DNA of 64,000 bases from Malacoraja senta (Eukaryota), in assembly GCA_038087875.1 (NCBI GenBank), contig CM075977.1, positions 225,556,001 through 225,620,000 of the forward strand. The letters are read 5' to 3'. Made by a program: the position numbers and the translations under genes. Every line of letters starts with the position of its first letter. Position 1 is the stretch's first letter. The notes beneath the pieces are model-generated. The model did not search any database. It had not been told where the DNA came from and saw only the letters and a list, made by a program, of their open reading frames with translations. Positions 11,009 through 24,204 of the stretch are shown in pieces.

Positions 11009-14000
11009 TATGCTATTCTGCTATTCCAAACAGCACCAATTCAGACCAATGAGGTGGGAAGTCTCACTGGAGATGGATTTGGGGTATTTTACACTGAGCA
11101 GATGACCTTCCTTAGGTGATCTGGGCACCAGAAATAACAGCAAAAGTGTACATGAAATTCTTGCACCGAGAGGTTGATAATGAATAATGACTGAGGCTAA
11201 CACACTCAAAGTCATGAACAGCATTGCCACATTAACATGATTTTCATTTGTGCAGCACCAGTTCATTGGGGCCACATTGGGCACGGCAGTATCTTGAGGC
11301 CGATTACTGGGTTCTAAGACATTTGCACAGTTTTGATGCAGCTGATTCTACTGCATTCAGTATTTTCAGGGCTTTGTTACCATGTTACCATTTTTCCAAA
11401 GTACAAAATGGAGAAAATGCTCTCTTGAATTTGTTTCTAATCTAATAGTGGTGACATTGGTCTGTTGAACCACAGTTCACAGCTAATACTGCAGTCAACA
11501 TCCTTAGCTCCAAGTATGTTCGTTGTCGTAACACGTTTGTTATTCTATAATGATTTGTTTCCATATATGAATGCTGTTCTTTTCTCTTAAACAACAAAGG
11601 GGATGAACAAAGGATTGTGAGGTTCCACAAAACACTGGTGTTTGGGGTAAGGCTTCTAATTGTCAGTGACATGTGCATAACTAGAAAAATTCATATCCGG
11701 TACCATTTTATATTTTCATACTTGACGTTGCAATAAAATTGGTCTGAGGTGAAAGGGTTTGTTTTAACATTGTACAGCAAACACCAACATCTATCATGTG
11801 GATATGATGCTGTATAACATATTTAGCAGATTTTGTTTTCTAAAAATTATAATTGGTATATTTCTTGCTCAAGTGGAAGCAACAAGCCTTTTATGATTTA
11901 TTCAGGATATTCACAAATGAAAGTCACTCTTAAAATAAATCCTTTGGAATAATTAAGTTTTTAAAAAATGTTGATTCATAAACATTTTGGTGGAGAAAGG
12001 TTAATTACCGTTTTCTTCTTGATATGACCAGCATGCGGTGGTTTTCAGTTAGATCTATGGTATTGCAAAATTTCTGCAAATTATTTTTTTAAGCGGCTTT
12101 TTAAATGACAGAGCCTTTTATGATATGAAATGTATGAAGCTTGGAGGGACAGTGTTGTAGGAAAGGTGGAATGGCAATTATTTTTGTTAAGCAACAATGT
12201 ATATTTTGTAAATGCATGTAATGCAATGTCTTGTCAGGTTTAAACATTTGGGGCATTTACTTTTAAATATTCATTTAACACAATGACAGAATTCTCCTTG
12301 TATTCATCAAAGCAAAGTTGATGTTGCCAGAAAGTTAATTTTTATAACCTCGAGGGTAATATTCTCGTTCCAGCCAATCGCCAATATATTTTAAACTTCA
12401 CTTTCTTTATTTTAGTTTAGGAATATTAATTAAATTAAAGTAACACTGACATAGATTTTCCTGGTGACTTATAATGATGAGACTCTTGTGTAATCTGAGG
12501 CTCTTTAATATTAAACATGTAACCTCTCTGTAGCCATACAAGTTTGCCTGATGCTTTCCCTGAGAGCATTCGGTCAAATTGATCACAAATTCTGTTCAAT
12601 TCCTTGTGGTTACAGATCTAAATGCAGAAATCTGAGTGATTTTGCAATGAAATGGCCTGCTGTTCTGGGGATTTTAGTTCTGAAGCTGTGGGAGAGTAGA
12701 TGCATTTTTCAGATCAATTCAGATTACCCAAACTTTGGCATGTGACAAGATGATCTATCTGATGTTTCATGGTATTTGTTGTACTGTGATTTTATGACAG
12801 AGTGTGGGAGTGGGATTTATGTTGAAGATTCATATGTGAAGATACCTCATTTAAGTTAAAGGCCAAAGTACTTTTCCCTGGCACTGAGGCGTTCTTGCAT
12901 AACCGCACAGAGTTTACTGGCTTAATATTAAAGTGTCTTGGATAAGACTGGGGATAGCTGTTTATTATCATTGCACAAAACTTAAATGTGCATCACTATT
13001 CTTGGTTACCTTCAGAAGGTAGTCTTACAACCAACCATAAAACCCTTGGGATTTGTGACTGTGAAATGTTTAACTTGCTTTAAAATGAAATAAGATGCAT
13101 AACACGGAACATTAAGAAGGAACTCCGAGTGCCGCATGTGCTGCATGTGCATTTATCTGTTGTAGCTGAGAATTTACTCCGTTTTTAGTTCCCATTTACA
13201 ACTCTCTGTGTACAGGTCACTATTTTACACACTAGATATGATTGCCATGCTGCATGTAATTGGGCCATGTGTTAAACTCCAGATTGTCTGGCACTGAAGT
13301 TGATGTGCATATGGAGTCTATTTATTGTTAAACTCAACATAACTGAAAAGGAGAAATTGCCTGAGGGAGTATTTTCTGCCTGGAGAACTCACTATACTTC
13401 AAATGCAGATGTATATTTTATTTTACCCACTACTGTGCATGAAATTACATTTTCAGTGCTGAGCAAACATGATGAATGATAGAATAAAACCCCCCATAAA
13501 ATATTAGAGATAGCAGGTTATGCAGCATCTGTGGATAAATAAACAGTTTTAATGTTTCAGACTGTTCATCATTTGTCAGGAATGAAATTTAGTTTTATTT
13601 CAGATTTCAAGCATTTTGCAACAAAGAGTGAAAGGGTCTTAATTTTTTTTGTTTTGAAGCAGTGTCTGTTCTGTCGTTGGATTACATAAAGAACTGCAGT
13701 GCTAGCATGCCTGGAATCAAAACAGAAGAGAATGAAAATTATTAGCACTGTTTTTAGATTGTTAAAACATTGCTGGACAATTCTGTCATGTAGATCCATC
13801 TATGTGCATTGAAACTAAGGTCTTAGATTGCAATCAGTGCAATAGTACAGTCACATGTTCACCAGGAAGAGCTTCCATTTTAGGGAAAGCTACGTACTTT
13901 AGCTGACAGAGAGGGAGGAAAGAGGAGGAGTCTGCTTTGTAGATCAATCACTATTGCTGATTTGATCCATGTCTGGTTTTGCTATTGCTGACCTGATCCG

Positions 14001-14114
14001 TAATCCATGTCGGGTTTCCACTATGCCGAACAACCATGCTTTCAGTTTCAACTATGACTTCGTACCTATGTATATGGTTCCTGTATGTATTCTTATTAAA
14101 GTACTTATTATGAA

Positions 14115-14265
14115 GTTTTACGACTCAGTGTCAATAGTCAATGCCGCACAACTCCATAAGCCTCCGCGGCTCGAATTGGGACCGGCCCCGCGAGGCCGTA
14201 CGCCTCAAGCGACCACGTTTGGTCGCGCTAGACGCATGCAATCGCATGCTGGTGGGACAGGCCCT
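14115..14265. mobile_element. Single-ended PIF/Harbinger MITE fragment
   Basis: CpG-rich segment ending GTGGGACAGGCCCT|TAA, the same TIR type as at 18098, 48985 and 59136. Confidence 0.65.
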
Positions 14266-15189
14266 TAAGGGTGCAGTAGATGGCAAGTCAGATTATAATA
14301 ACAATGAAATCTAGCACAGTATGAAGCAATGTGCTAAATGCACAATGAATACCCTAGGATGTGGGTTGCTTTATATCTGCTATGCATTTCAGCTCTTCCT
14401 CACATACACACAACTCATATACCCACACTCAATCACGCACAGAACCACATTCAGGCACACATCCATTTGTGGATAAAATCCAGCGAGATTGTAATTGTTG
14501 AACAATTGCAAACTTCCACTGTCTTTCAGGCCAAAGTTTTGAGAGATCGTAGGCTCATTTGGCAGGAAGTAATGCAGTCTCAGAGCCAAAAGGTCTGGGT
14601 ATTAAGGAAACCTAGACCCTATGTGGAGAGCACATCAGAGGAAATTATTAATTTCCAAGGTAAGCACATTGTGTATCCTGATCATTTGCACCAGCTTCCC
14701 TGGTACTACCAGCAGAATGCGTGCCTAAAGTCCCAAAGTTAACATAATGGGGTCTGGACGATGCCAACTCTCAACGAGGCCCTTACCTGAATGGGCCTAG
14801 GAGATAGATGGTGTCCAATGCAGGACAGATTAACTGATTTAGGATGCACGTGTATTCTGAAGAAGCACAGCACACAGTTATAATCTTACCCTCTTGTAGC
14901 TCTATTCATGTTAGCCATGGGCATTGAAAGTAGCGATTACAGTTTGTAAGTAATCCCAACTGTTTTCACATTTTAAATGATCACACTTCTGAAAATGAAT
15001 GGCTTTTCATGAAATTATTAAACATGTTCTAATATTCTTATCAGATAACTAATAACTTTTGCAAGTATTTAACCTCATCTTATCTACTTGCTGAAAAATA
15101 AAAATAAAACTATTGTTGTCTCAGAAACAAACAAGAGATGTTGGTACAAATATTTAATTTGTCATGACCAAACAGCTTTGATTGATGAA

Positions 15190-15556
15190 TTGAAAGAGAC
15201 AGCATGGAAATAGGCACGTTCACACTCATTTTAGTTTAGCTCACTTTCACATCCACTCCCTACACACTCGGGCCAATTTACAGAGGCCAATTAACCTTTA
15301 AACCTGCACGTCTTTGGTATGTGGGAGGAATCCGGAGCACCAGGAGGAAACCCACATGGTCACAGAGAGATAGACACAATATCCTGGAGTAACTCAGCGG
15401 GACAGGCAGCATCAGTGGAGAGAAGGAATGGGTGACGTTTCCGGTCGAGACCCTTCCTGACCTGGTCACAGGGAGAATGTGCAAACTCCACACAACATCC
15501 CCCGATGTCAGGATCGAACCTGGGTCTCGGCGCTGAGCCAGCTGCACTGGGCCACC
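15190..15556 (-). mobile_element. HE1-type V-SINE with nested PLE insert
   Basis: V-domain (TGTGGGAGGAATCCGGAGCACCAGGAGGAAACCCAC) and B-box (GATCGAACC on the + strand). Confidence 0.85.
15371..15462 (-). mobile_element. PLE pLTR fragment, hammerhead core truncated
   Basis: CTGGAGTAACTCAGCGGGACAGGCAGCATC...GACGTTTCCGGTCGAGACCCTTC, flanked by TGGTCACAG(A/G)GAGA direct repeats. Confidence 0.8.
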
Positions 15557-16730
15557 AATTGAGTTCTATTATTTGAATTAAGATTTGGGAGGTTGAGAAG
15601 AATCATAACGCTAAATACGAACTTGGTATTCAAGCTGCTGAGAATAATTTAAAACTGCATTATTGCTACATAAAATACATTTCATTCCATTATTTTTCTT
15701 TTACTCTTGGGCCTACAGGAATATTTTTTAATGCAGCAATTTTAATGCACCATGTTTTCTCTTCATTGTATTTTACAGAACCTTTGTATGCTACCTTTTC
15801 ATGACCTTTCAGTATCTAATGCAATCCTGTTGCCATGGCCACATTCAATTTTTTTTTGTGTGTATGGTGCAGGGAATAAGACATAATATGACCCAGTTCC
15901 CTGGCACAGCTGATGGCATGTCATCCTTGTCAGGTCTCTGTACATGTTACTTGAAGCAACTGAACTATGGGCTTGGTTGTACTTCTGCTTAACAGTCATG
16001 AGCACAATAAACATTTGATCAGGACCCTGAAGAATAGGTCTCATTAGCAATGCTGCAATGACTGCAGGTGCGTGAAAGAGGAGACAGCAGTTGTTTGAAA
16101 TATTTCAGAGATGCCGATTAACACTGAAAGAGTTGCATGTCTATTGCTTGCGGAAGCTAAATTTCGGTGTAGCAAATTAGAAAAAAGATGGAAGCTCTGT
16201 ATATTTTCATCTGTTGTTAGATAATTATGATTGATATTCATCTGTGCAGTTAGGTGTTTTTGGTGCTGCTTAATGTCCTGCCTTTGTGTTCACATTGATA
16301 TTATTCATTCCTTCCATATTTCAATGATCCATTTTTTAGTAAGACTACTTTCTTATCATTCAATTTATATTTTCATTGTTAGCTTTTCAAATTCATATTC
16401 TAATATTTTTGCATTTTATAATTTGAAAATGCCTAGAATCAATATTTCTTAAATCTTTATATTATTATTCTTTGAATCTGCTATTCCAAAATTACTTTAT
16501 TTCCTGTAACAGATTGCCAAAATGAATTTCAATGAAGCATTTGAAACACTTAATTATAAGAACAAATTATAACCATCATAATTATTCTGAGATATTGCAA
16601 TAACTTGGGGGCCATATTCATAAATGTTTCTATCAAATGATATTTGAAGCAATTCTTTGTGCCACAAGTTTTAAATGCCTGTACCTAAACATTGCATATC
16701 TGCAGTTACATCAAGCTCTGCTGGTGTATT

Positions 16731-17196
16731 CAGACGCTCCCGACTTAACGTAAAGGTTACATCCCGCAGAATCACGTGCAATTCAGATGTAATGTAAGTT
16801 ATAAATGGAAATGCTGCTGCATACGCATTTACTATTCAATGTGGAGACCATTCGGGAGCTCCGGCGTGGAGACCACGTGGGAGCTCCGACATGGAGACCA
16901 TGTGGGAGCTCTAACGCGGAGGCCATGGAGGAGCTCCGATGTAGAGGCCACGGGGGAGCTCCGGCACGGAGCTCCAACATAGAGACCACGTGGGAGCTCC
17001 GACGCGGAATATGCATGAAAGCATCCACAGGAACAGTTGACTGGCTTGCAGAAATGGCCACATGCGAAAGCAACAGTGCACTGCTACCGAGACTAATGAG
17101 ACGTGCATCTCGGAAATAAAGCAGCGGGCTTAAAGAATTGCTTACATAAGTGCAAGTTTATGTAAGTCAGTTCTTACATAAGTCAGGAAGTGCCTA
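16731..17196. mobile_element. Tigger-like Tc1/mariner MITE containing a minisatellite
   Basis: Left end CAGACGCTCCCGACTTAACGTAA versus right end TTACATAAGTCAGGAAGTGCCTA|TA (degenerate TIRs). Confidence 0.6.
16843..17008 (+). repeat. 25-bp minisatellite (~6.5 units, GGAGACCACGTGGGAGCTCCGACGT-like)
   Basis: Units start at 16843, 16868, 16893, 16918, 16943, 16968 (partial) and 16981. Confidence 0.9.
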
Positions 17197-17530
17197 TACT
17201 TCTTTATCAGCCTACGCAAAGCATTAGTACTTGCTTCTGATCACTATGAGCAAAATGAGTATGAAACAGATATGTATTAATAAATAATAGATAGACATCT
17301 TCCTGCTAATTCATTAAAAACTAAAAATTGTACTCATGTTTAGACTACCACCATCAGTATTATAATTTGGGGAGTTTGTGACAAGTGCAGTAGGGCAAGT
17401 TACCAGCTGATGTTTTGTGAAAGGAAAGTCGGAGTCTTTCCAACCAATCACATTTCCATGAACCATTAACCTACTTTTGGTTAAAACCAACCCAGCTAAT
17501 TTTGAACGTCTGACTTCTAAACAAAAGATA

Positions 17531-17658
17531 TCCTGAAGAAGGGTCTTGCCCCGAAACATCACCCATTCCTTCTCTCCAGAGATGCTGCCTGTCCCGCTGA
17601 GTTACTCCAGCTTTTTGTGTCTACGGTTTAAACCAGCATCTGCAGTTCCTTCCTACAC
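17531..17658 (+). mobile_element. PLE pLTR fragment with degenerate hammerhead core
   Basis: CTGAAGAAGGGTCTTGCCCCGAAACATC...CCAGCATCTGCAGTTCC. Confidence 0.8.
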
Positions 17659-17659
17659 A

Positions 17660-19280
17660 TGAGATCCAACCTTACTGGTTTCTGGGAAGAAACTGTTTTT
17701 GAACAGAGCTCAGGCTCCTGTACGCTCTTCCCGATGGTAGGGGTGAGACGAAAACGTCGCCAGAGTGACATGGGTCTTTGATGATATTGGCTGACATTTT
17801 GAGGCCGCATCCCCTGTAGATGCCTTCAATGGTGGGGAGGTCAGTGCCCGTGATGGACTGGGCAGGTCTGCCACTTCCTGCAGCCTCTTTCATTCTTGGG
17901 CATTCGAGTTACCAAACCAGACCATGTTGCAACTAATCATTATACTCTCTACTGTACACCTGCGGAGGTTCAATGGAGTATTCGTCGACATACCGAATGT
18001 CCTCAATCTTATGAGGAAGTAGAGATGCCGATGATCTTTCTTTGTGACTGCGTCAATGTGCTGGGCCTCGACAGATCTTCAGAGATATGCACACTTAAGA
18101 GCCTGTCCCAATTAGGCGACTCTTTAGGCGACTGCCATGGACTAGATTTAATGGAATTCACCTACGACACCTGGCGACAACCTACGACAGCAAAAGTTGT
18201 CGCCAGTGTCGGCAAATATTTTCAACATGTTGAAAATTTTGCGGCAGTACCCTGTAGTTGCCCAAAAAATTGCCTGTGGGACAAGCCCATAAGCAATTTG
18301 AGTCCACCACCCATCAGTAAAGACAATCATGGATCGCTGTCTTTCCCTTCCTGAAGTTAACAATCAGTTCTTTTGTCATGCTAATATTGAGAGCAAGATT
18401 GTTCTGCACCATTCAATCAATTTCCCATCTCCCTCCAGTATTCTGACTCATTACTCCTTATTCCTCCAACAACAGTGGTATCATTGGTTAATGGTTGGAG
18501 TTGTTTGGCTACACAGTCATCATGGGTATAGAGAGATTAAAACAGGGGAATTCACATACAGCCAAGAGGTGCTCCAATGTTGATGGTTATTGAGTGCTGT
18601 TGCCAATTTGTACCGATTGCGGTCCGCTGATAAAGAAGTCAAGGATCGAAATGCATAGAAACAAGCAGAGACCCAGTTCTCTGAGTTTGGTAATATGTTT
18701 AGAGGGTTTGAATGCCAAGTTGTAGTCGATGAACACGAGCCTGACATACTTGCTTTTGTTGTCCAAATGGACCACTGCGGAAGGGAGAAACAGTGGGATG
18801 ACATCTGTTGTTCATCTGTTATGGCGTAAAGGAATTGCAGTGGGTCCAGGTTCTTGCTTTGCTTCATAACCATCCTTTTAATGCACTTTATCACATCCTT
18901 TGCGAATGCCACCAGTCGGTAGACAATGAGGCATGTCACCTTACTCTTTTTGGACACCGATATCGTAGATATCCTTCCAAAGCAGGTGGGGACCTCAGAC
19001 CATAGCAGGGAAATGTTGAAGATGTCAGCAAAATCTCTGCTCAAGTTTCAAAAACATAGCCAAGGTACACCATTGGGGCCAGACACTTTCCAAGGTTCTA
19101 ACATCGGCCTCAGTAATTAAGGTTACGGTATTATCAAGGGCTCAGAAGGTATGTTGATGTTCTCCCTTTCAAAATGAGGGTAGAAAGCATGTTCTCATCT
19201 GGGGGTGATATACCGTTGTCACTCGAGCTACTATGTGTTTTCATCTTAGAAGGAGTAATGGCATGAAAGCCCTGCCATGC
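17660..19280 (-). mobile_element. Rex1/Babar LINE, degraded RT region
   Basis: Minus-strand peptides PTCFGRISTISVSKKSKVTCL..YRLVA, LDPLQF, HLDNKSKYVRLVFIDY and AQSITGTDLPTIEGIY. Confidence 0.85.
18098..18289. mobile_element. PIF/Harbinger MITE inserted in Rex1
   Basis: TTA|AGAGCCTGTCCCA ... TGGGACAAGCCCA|TAA termini, GGCGAC/TACGAC subterminal repeats and a central 20-bp palindrome. Confidence 0.8.
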
Positions 19281-19289
19281 CCAAGCTCT

Positions 19290-19495
19290 GGGTCAAGGTT
19301 ATGTGGAAGAAGCTTCCAGAGAGATAGTTGAGGTAGGTGTAATAACAACAGTTAAAAGACCCAAGGACAGGTACATGGGGAAGGTTGAGAGATATAGGCC
19401 AATCGCAGGCAAATGGTAGTAGTTTAGATAGGACACCTTAGTCGTCATGGTGGAGTTGTGCCGTCGTGCCTGTGTGCAAGCTGTATGACTATAAC
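19290..19495 (+). mobile_element. CR1 3' end
   Basis: AAGCTTCCAGAGAGATAGTTGAGGTAGG...GTATGACTATAAC. Confidence 0.7.
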
Positions 19496-20084
19496 TGACT
19501 TACATTGTCCACTGCTGATGTGGTTTATGACCATTGATAGATTATTTATCAAATCTAGAAGCTTGTGCTTTGCACCAAATGACTCGGGTTGGCTCAGTTG
19601 GATGAGGATGACACTGATGGGTAAGCGTCATGTATCTGTGATCCAGACTAACGTATCTGGTATCTCTTTACAGCTCTTCCTCTTCTTCCAAATGTAGCAA
19701 GTAATTTGTGTGCAGCATTATTCAGGTGTAAAGAATCTTGTATTTACTCACTCTGGCCTACAGATGACCCCCAGACTCGCTCAATGTTGTTGATTCTTAC
19801 CTGTCCTCGAAAATAGCTTATGAAACCATTCATTCCATTCGGATAATAAATGCTGACCTACAAGTGCATTCTGTGAGGAATAAATAACATTAATTGTTGA
19901 CAGTCTGCAACCCTTCTGTGTCATAAAGCCCTTAAAAAAAGGAAAATATGCTAATGTCCACAGCTGCTTGCTGAGATTTTAGTTTAGTTCATTGTCAAAT
20001 GTACCAAAATACAGTGAAAAACTTTTTTGTTGCGTGCTATCCAGTCAGCGGAAAGATTATGCATGATTACAATCAAGCTGTCTG

Positions 20085-20345
20085 CAGCATATAGATCCAG
20101 GATGTACCTGTTCAAATGTTTTTTAAAGGTTATCATAGTACCTGCCTCAACTACTTCAACTGGCATCTCATTGCATTTGCCCAGCAACCACTGCGTGAAA
20201 AGTTTCCCCTGAGGTTCCTGTTAAATCTTTCCCCTCTCACCTTAAATTTATGCCTTCTCGTTCCTGATTCCCCTATCCTTGAAAAAGACTCTAAGCATTC
20301 AACCTATCTATTCACTTTCTGATTGAATAAACCTCTATAAATCTA
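20085..20345 (-). mobile_element. CR1 fragment
   Basis: NEMPVEVVEAGTMITFKKHLNRY peptide. Confidence 0.8.
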
Positions 20346-20759
20346 TTTCCTGGTTCATAATGCCCTGAGCTTTCATTAATTTCAGCTTTTATTGCACATA
20401 CGATCTAAGCTTTAATGTGGAGGATTATCCAGGTTTCATTAAAGTGTCAGCCATTACCTTGCACAGTCTTGTTCTTAGTTTGCTGTCTTTGTTATTTCAG
20501 AAATGCACTGGTTAGCCAACATGTTCAAATAACTACCTACTGAATGGACTGAGAGGACAATTTTCACTATCCATTATTTGCTGCACTTGATATCTTGCAG
20601 TTTCACCCCTTATTTAGTAAGTAGATTAGTACCCTCTGAGAAAGGAAAATTACAACTTTTATGAGCTAACATTTCTTGGAAGATGTTGAATCACCCAGTT
20701 GTTTTTCACCTTATTTGATTTCATTTTCCTTGCATTCCCCTAGTTCAGTGGGAAAGAAA

Positions 20760-21435
20760 ACCAAGTTGAGAATAAAATGGGGGCTGAGTCTATGGACCTC
20801 ACTGTATCCAATGCTCTCAGCAGTTTATAGAAATAACATAGTGCGAATAAAAATTGGCTGAAGACCAGCTTTGGTGATGGTGGAAATAAAGGGAAGGAAT
20901 TCAAGATGGATCATTCACATGATATTTATGTCTGAATATGGTTGTAAATGCCTTTAGCACCAACTAGCTGGGTTCTATAGATTGCGGATCCTTCCAGTCT
21001 CATTGCGAATGGTGCTATTCTTGGAGTCTTCTCCTGCCTGCCATTGACTGTTCATAATTCACCAATGCTCATGAACAGATGAGACAGGTTTGATCTGATC
21101 AGTTGATTGTTGGTTGGGTTGTTTAGTACTATGTCTTAGTCTTTTTTGGTGGTTAGCACACATGTGGTCGTTGATTGCAGGTTCTCCAGATCGACATCTC
21201 ATTTCTCAATGTGCTTGGTCCTGCTTGGTCCAGGAGTATGCCCTCCTGCATGCACTTCTCGTTGAACCAGGCTTCATCCTCGGGTTTAATTCCAATGGTA
21301 GAATGCAAGACGTTTACAATCACGAGATTACAGATTATAATGGTGTACAGTTCGAGGGCAGATGGTCCATTGTGCCTCATAGATACCCAGATTGAGCTCG
21401 AAGATCAGTTTTGATCCCATTTAGCATGATTTGAA
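20760..21435 (-). mobile_element. Old chondrichthyan CR1/L2-group LINE ORF2 fragment
   Basis: Peptide MRHNGPSALELYTIIICNL..HSTIGIKPEDEAWFNEKC resembles the recalled shark LINE EN-RT linker (MRRCGPSAAAELYS..ICNL..TIKPGDQPWFNEEC). Confidence 0.7.
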
Positions 21436-21569
21436 AGTGGCCTTGGTGTCTCTCATATGAGCTGGGGAGTAGCAAAATATACCAAGGCTTTTAAGAACAT
21501 ACATTTATCATAGATAGATTAATGAGGAAGGGATTGTACGTTTATGGCTCAAGTTGGTTCCTGACACAA

Positions 21570-21915
21570 ATGTGGAGCATCTTGGACCATACAGCTCACC
21601 CCCTCAATGACAGACTGGTCGACCTGAGGAGCATCTTCAGCAACAGACTAGTTCCACCAAGATGCAGCACAGAACGCCACAGGAGATCCTTTTTTCCTGT
21701 GGCTATCAAACTGTACAACCCCTCTCCTTCTGTTGTGGGGTAGACTGACTCCCCCCCCCCTCCCCCCACCCCCAATTTTTGCACGTCCTGAATCCTTGAC
21801 TTTCCACTCGTCACTTTAATTTCATGTTTCATGTATCTTGTTGTGTTTTATGACCGTTGGCAGACGAATTTCCCTCCTGGGATAAATAAAGTTGTATTGT
21901 AGCGTATCGTATCAA
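21570..21915 (+). mobile_element. Rex1/Babar LINE 3' end
   Basis: SILDHTAHPLND..FSNRLVPPRCSTERHRRSFFPVAIKLYN and tail AATAAAGTTGTATTGTAGCGTATCGTATC. Confidence 0.85.
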
Positions 21916-23904
21916 ACCGAGTCTGGCAGATGCATCCTTTTGGCCTGCCAGCCCTGCCAGTTGTGTTCCTATCAACCCACTCTCCGTGATAGGGAGGGTA
22001 TTAGCTGGCAATCAAAAAGAGAATTTCTTGCCTATCCTAAGATTGAGCTGTTTGTACTTTGTGATTTTTAATGTGGACCTAAATTTTACAGACCATTCCA
22101 TCAACTAAATGCATGTCTCAGTTCAACAGTTAATCTGTCCATTAGATTCAATTTCCAGTTTTGCAGCTAATCTATCAAATAAAACAGAGCTCTTGTTTTA
22201 CTATCCTTTTATGAATACAGTTAAGAACCTCCCTTTAATCAGGTTCTATCTATCTACTAGACAATTTGTTTACCTTGCCATTTGCACTTTGACACAGCTT
22301 CTAGGAAATTAACAAAGAAAAGTGTTTTAACTTCTTACGGGTTAATGAAGGATATTTTCAATTGCTTATTTATTAGTTATTTGACTTCTAACAAGATAAT
22401 TTGCTGATATGATCTGTGCATTGTATTTAATCAGTTAAACCATGTTGTACCACCCATGTTAGCCCCTCAGTGACTCAGTCTGGCTTCTGGAAGATGTAGA
22501 GATATCCTTGATACACAAGATAAATTCTTCCCCAAGATGACCCTGGCTGTTGCACATGGCCATTTGAAAGAACAAACTAAAATTGCTGGTAAGGGCCTGT
22601 AACAATCACTGGAACAGTTTGGGGCAAACTTGCAGTTTTTGTGGATGAATCAGTGGAGCTTTATTGCTAAACCCTGCATCCATTGAATGCACCAAAAAAG
22701 AGTGCAGTTCAGTTTTATGACACCATTTTTTAGTATTTCTAGGCTATCCTGTTAATTGAATGACACAATTGCAACTGGCAAATATCCACCCATTTAATGG
22801 AATTAAACATTCTGAGGTTTCTACTGATTGCTAATCCATTTAAAGTATTTTCTTCAAAAGAGCTTCTGAGTAGAGAGAATATTTATTGGCATCAAAATGA
22901 TTCAGTTAAGAGGCTTGAATAGCAATAGCTTATGTGGAAATAGTTATGAAAATACTAATGCTCATAAATCCAAACCATTTCATAAATGCCAGTTAAATCT
23001 AGGCTGCTATGCAAGGCAATTCACTACATCAGTATCTGTAAGATGGCAAGGGTTAATATCTGGTATGTTTATGGACATGCCTCTCAGACATTCCATTTTA
23101 TTGTAGGAAACCACCATTGTCAGGAAAACTGCCAAATACATTGATTTAACGTGAAGGCATGAGGTGTACATGCTATGCACCAGATGGTGAAAATGTAAAG
23201 TAACATAGAAATTAGTGCTATTTTAATAACATTTTGCCAACCCTATGAACATTCATTAACAGATATATCTTCATTTGGCAAAACAGATTCACAGTCTATC
23301 ATTTAGCATGCTGTTAGCTTTCTCCGTTTCTTCTCTGAGTGTGAATAGTATTCTCGCTTCCACAGAACTGCCAGTCACACATGTGAACTGTCATTAAAAG
23401 ATCTTGAGTGATACCCAATGCTCCTGAATTATTTAAAGGGGCAAGCAGGTAAATTTAATTGTAATGAAGGCTAGTGTGGAGGTTGGAATGCAGAAAGAAT
23501 TTTATAGCTTGCAAAGCCAACATAGAGATTGCAAAGTATAATTAGCTCATTGTGTTGCTGGCTACAGCTACAATGCTCCAGGTTTAATTCTGTCTTCCCA
23601 AGCAGTCAGTGCCATTTTCCAATTCACCCTGTGAACGCACGAGTTTCCTCTAGATGCTTTGGATTTCTCCAATGGATTTGTTAATGGGCGTGTGTGAGAT
23701 AATAGGTTCAGAGAAATACAGCGCTGTGAGGAACTGGAGCTAGACGCAGGAAATTGCACAGTTTGGAGTCTGCATTTTCCAATGTGGGAAAAAGGTGGAT
23801 TGAACCTTAATACAGAGTCTGATGGATTCAACTTCCATTGCAACACAAGAAACAGCCACACAGCAATTGAGTGTTGGCTCAGATCCATGCACTATGGCTG
23901 TGGA

Positions 23905-24200
23905 TTGAAGAAGATCATGAGGGGAATAGATTGGGTAAATGTGCAGAGTCTTTTACCCAGATTAAGGGAATTAAGAACCAAGGAACATAGGTTTAAGATG
24001 AAAGGAGAAAGATTTAATAGGAGCCTGAGAGGTAACTTTATCTGACAAAGTGTAGTGGATATAGTCAGAGTAGGTTCTATAACAACATTTATGACATTTT
24101 GACAGATACATGGTTAGGAAAGGTTTAGAAGGATGTGGCCTTAACGCAGGCAGGCGGAATGAGTGTGGGTAAGGCATCTTGGTCGGCATGGGAAAGTTCA
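23905..24200 (+). mobile_element. CR1 3' fragment
   Basis: KIMRGIDWV..LLPRLRELRTKEHRFKMKGERFNRSLRGNF peptide. Confidence 0.8.
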
Positions 24201-24204
24201 TGCT

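Noticed and set aside
13134-13257. GCATG/TGCATG (RBFOX-like) cluster
   Set aside because: No adjacent exon could be defined, and TGCATG is common in this CpG-decayed sequence.
14338-14742. 134-aa ORF as a single-exon gene
   Set aside because: It includes CA-rich low-complexity sequence and has no recognisable homology. Only the internal exon-like piece is kept, as a weak finding.
16843-17008. CRISPR-like regular repeats
   Set aside because: The units are contiguous with no unique spacers, there are no cas genes, and the context is eukaryotic. It is a minisatellite.
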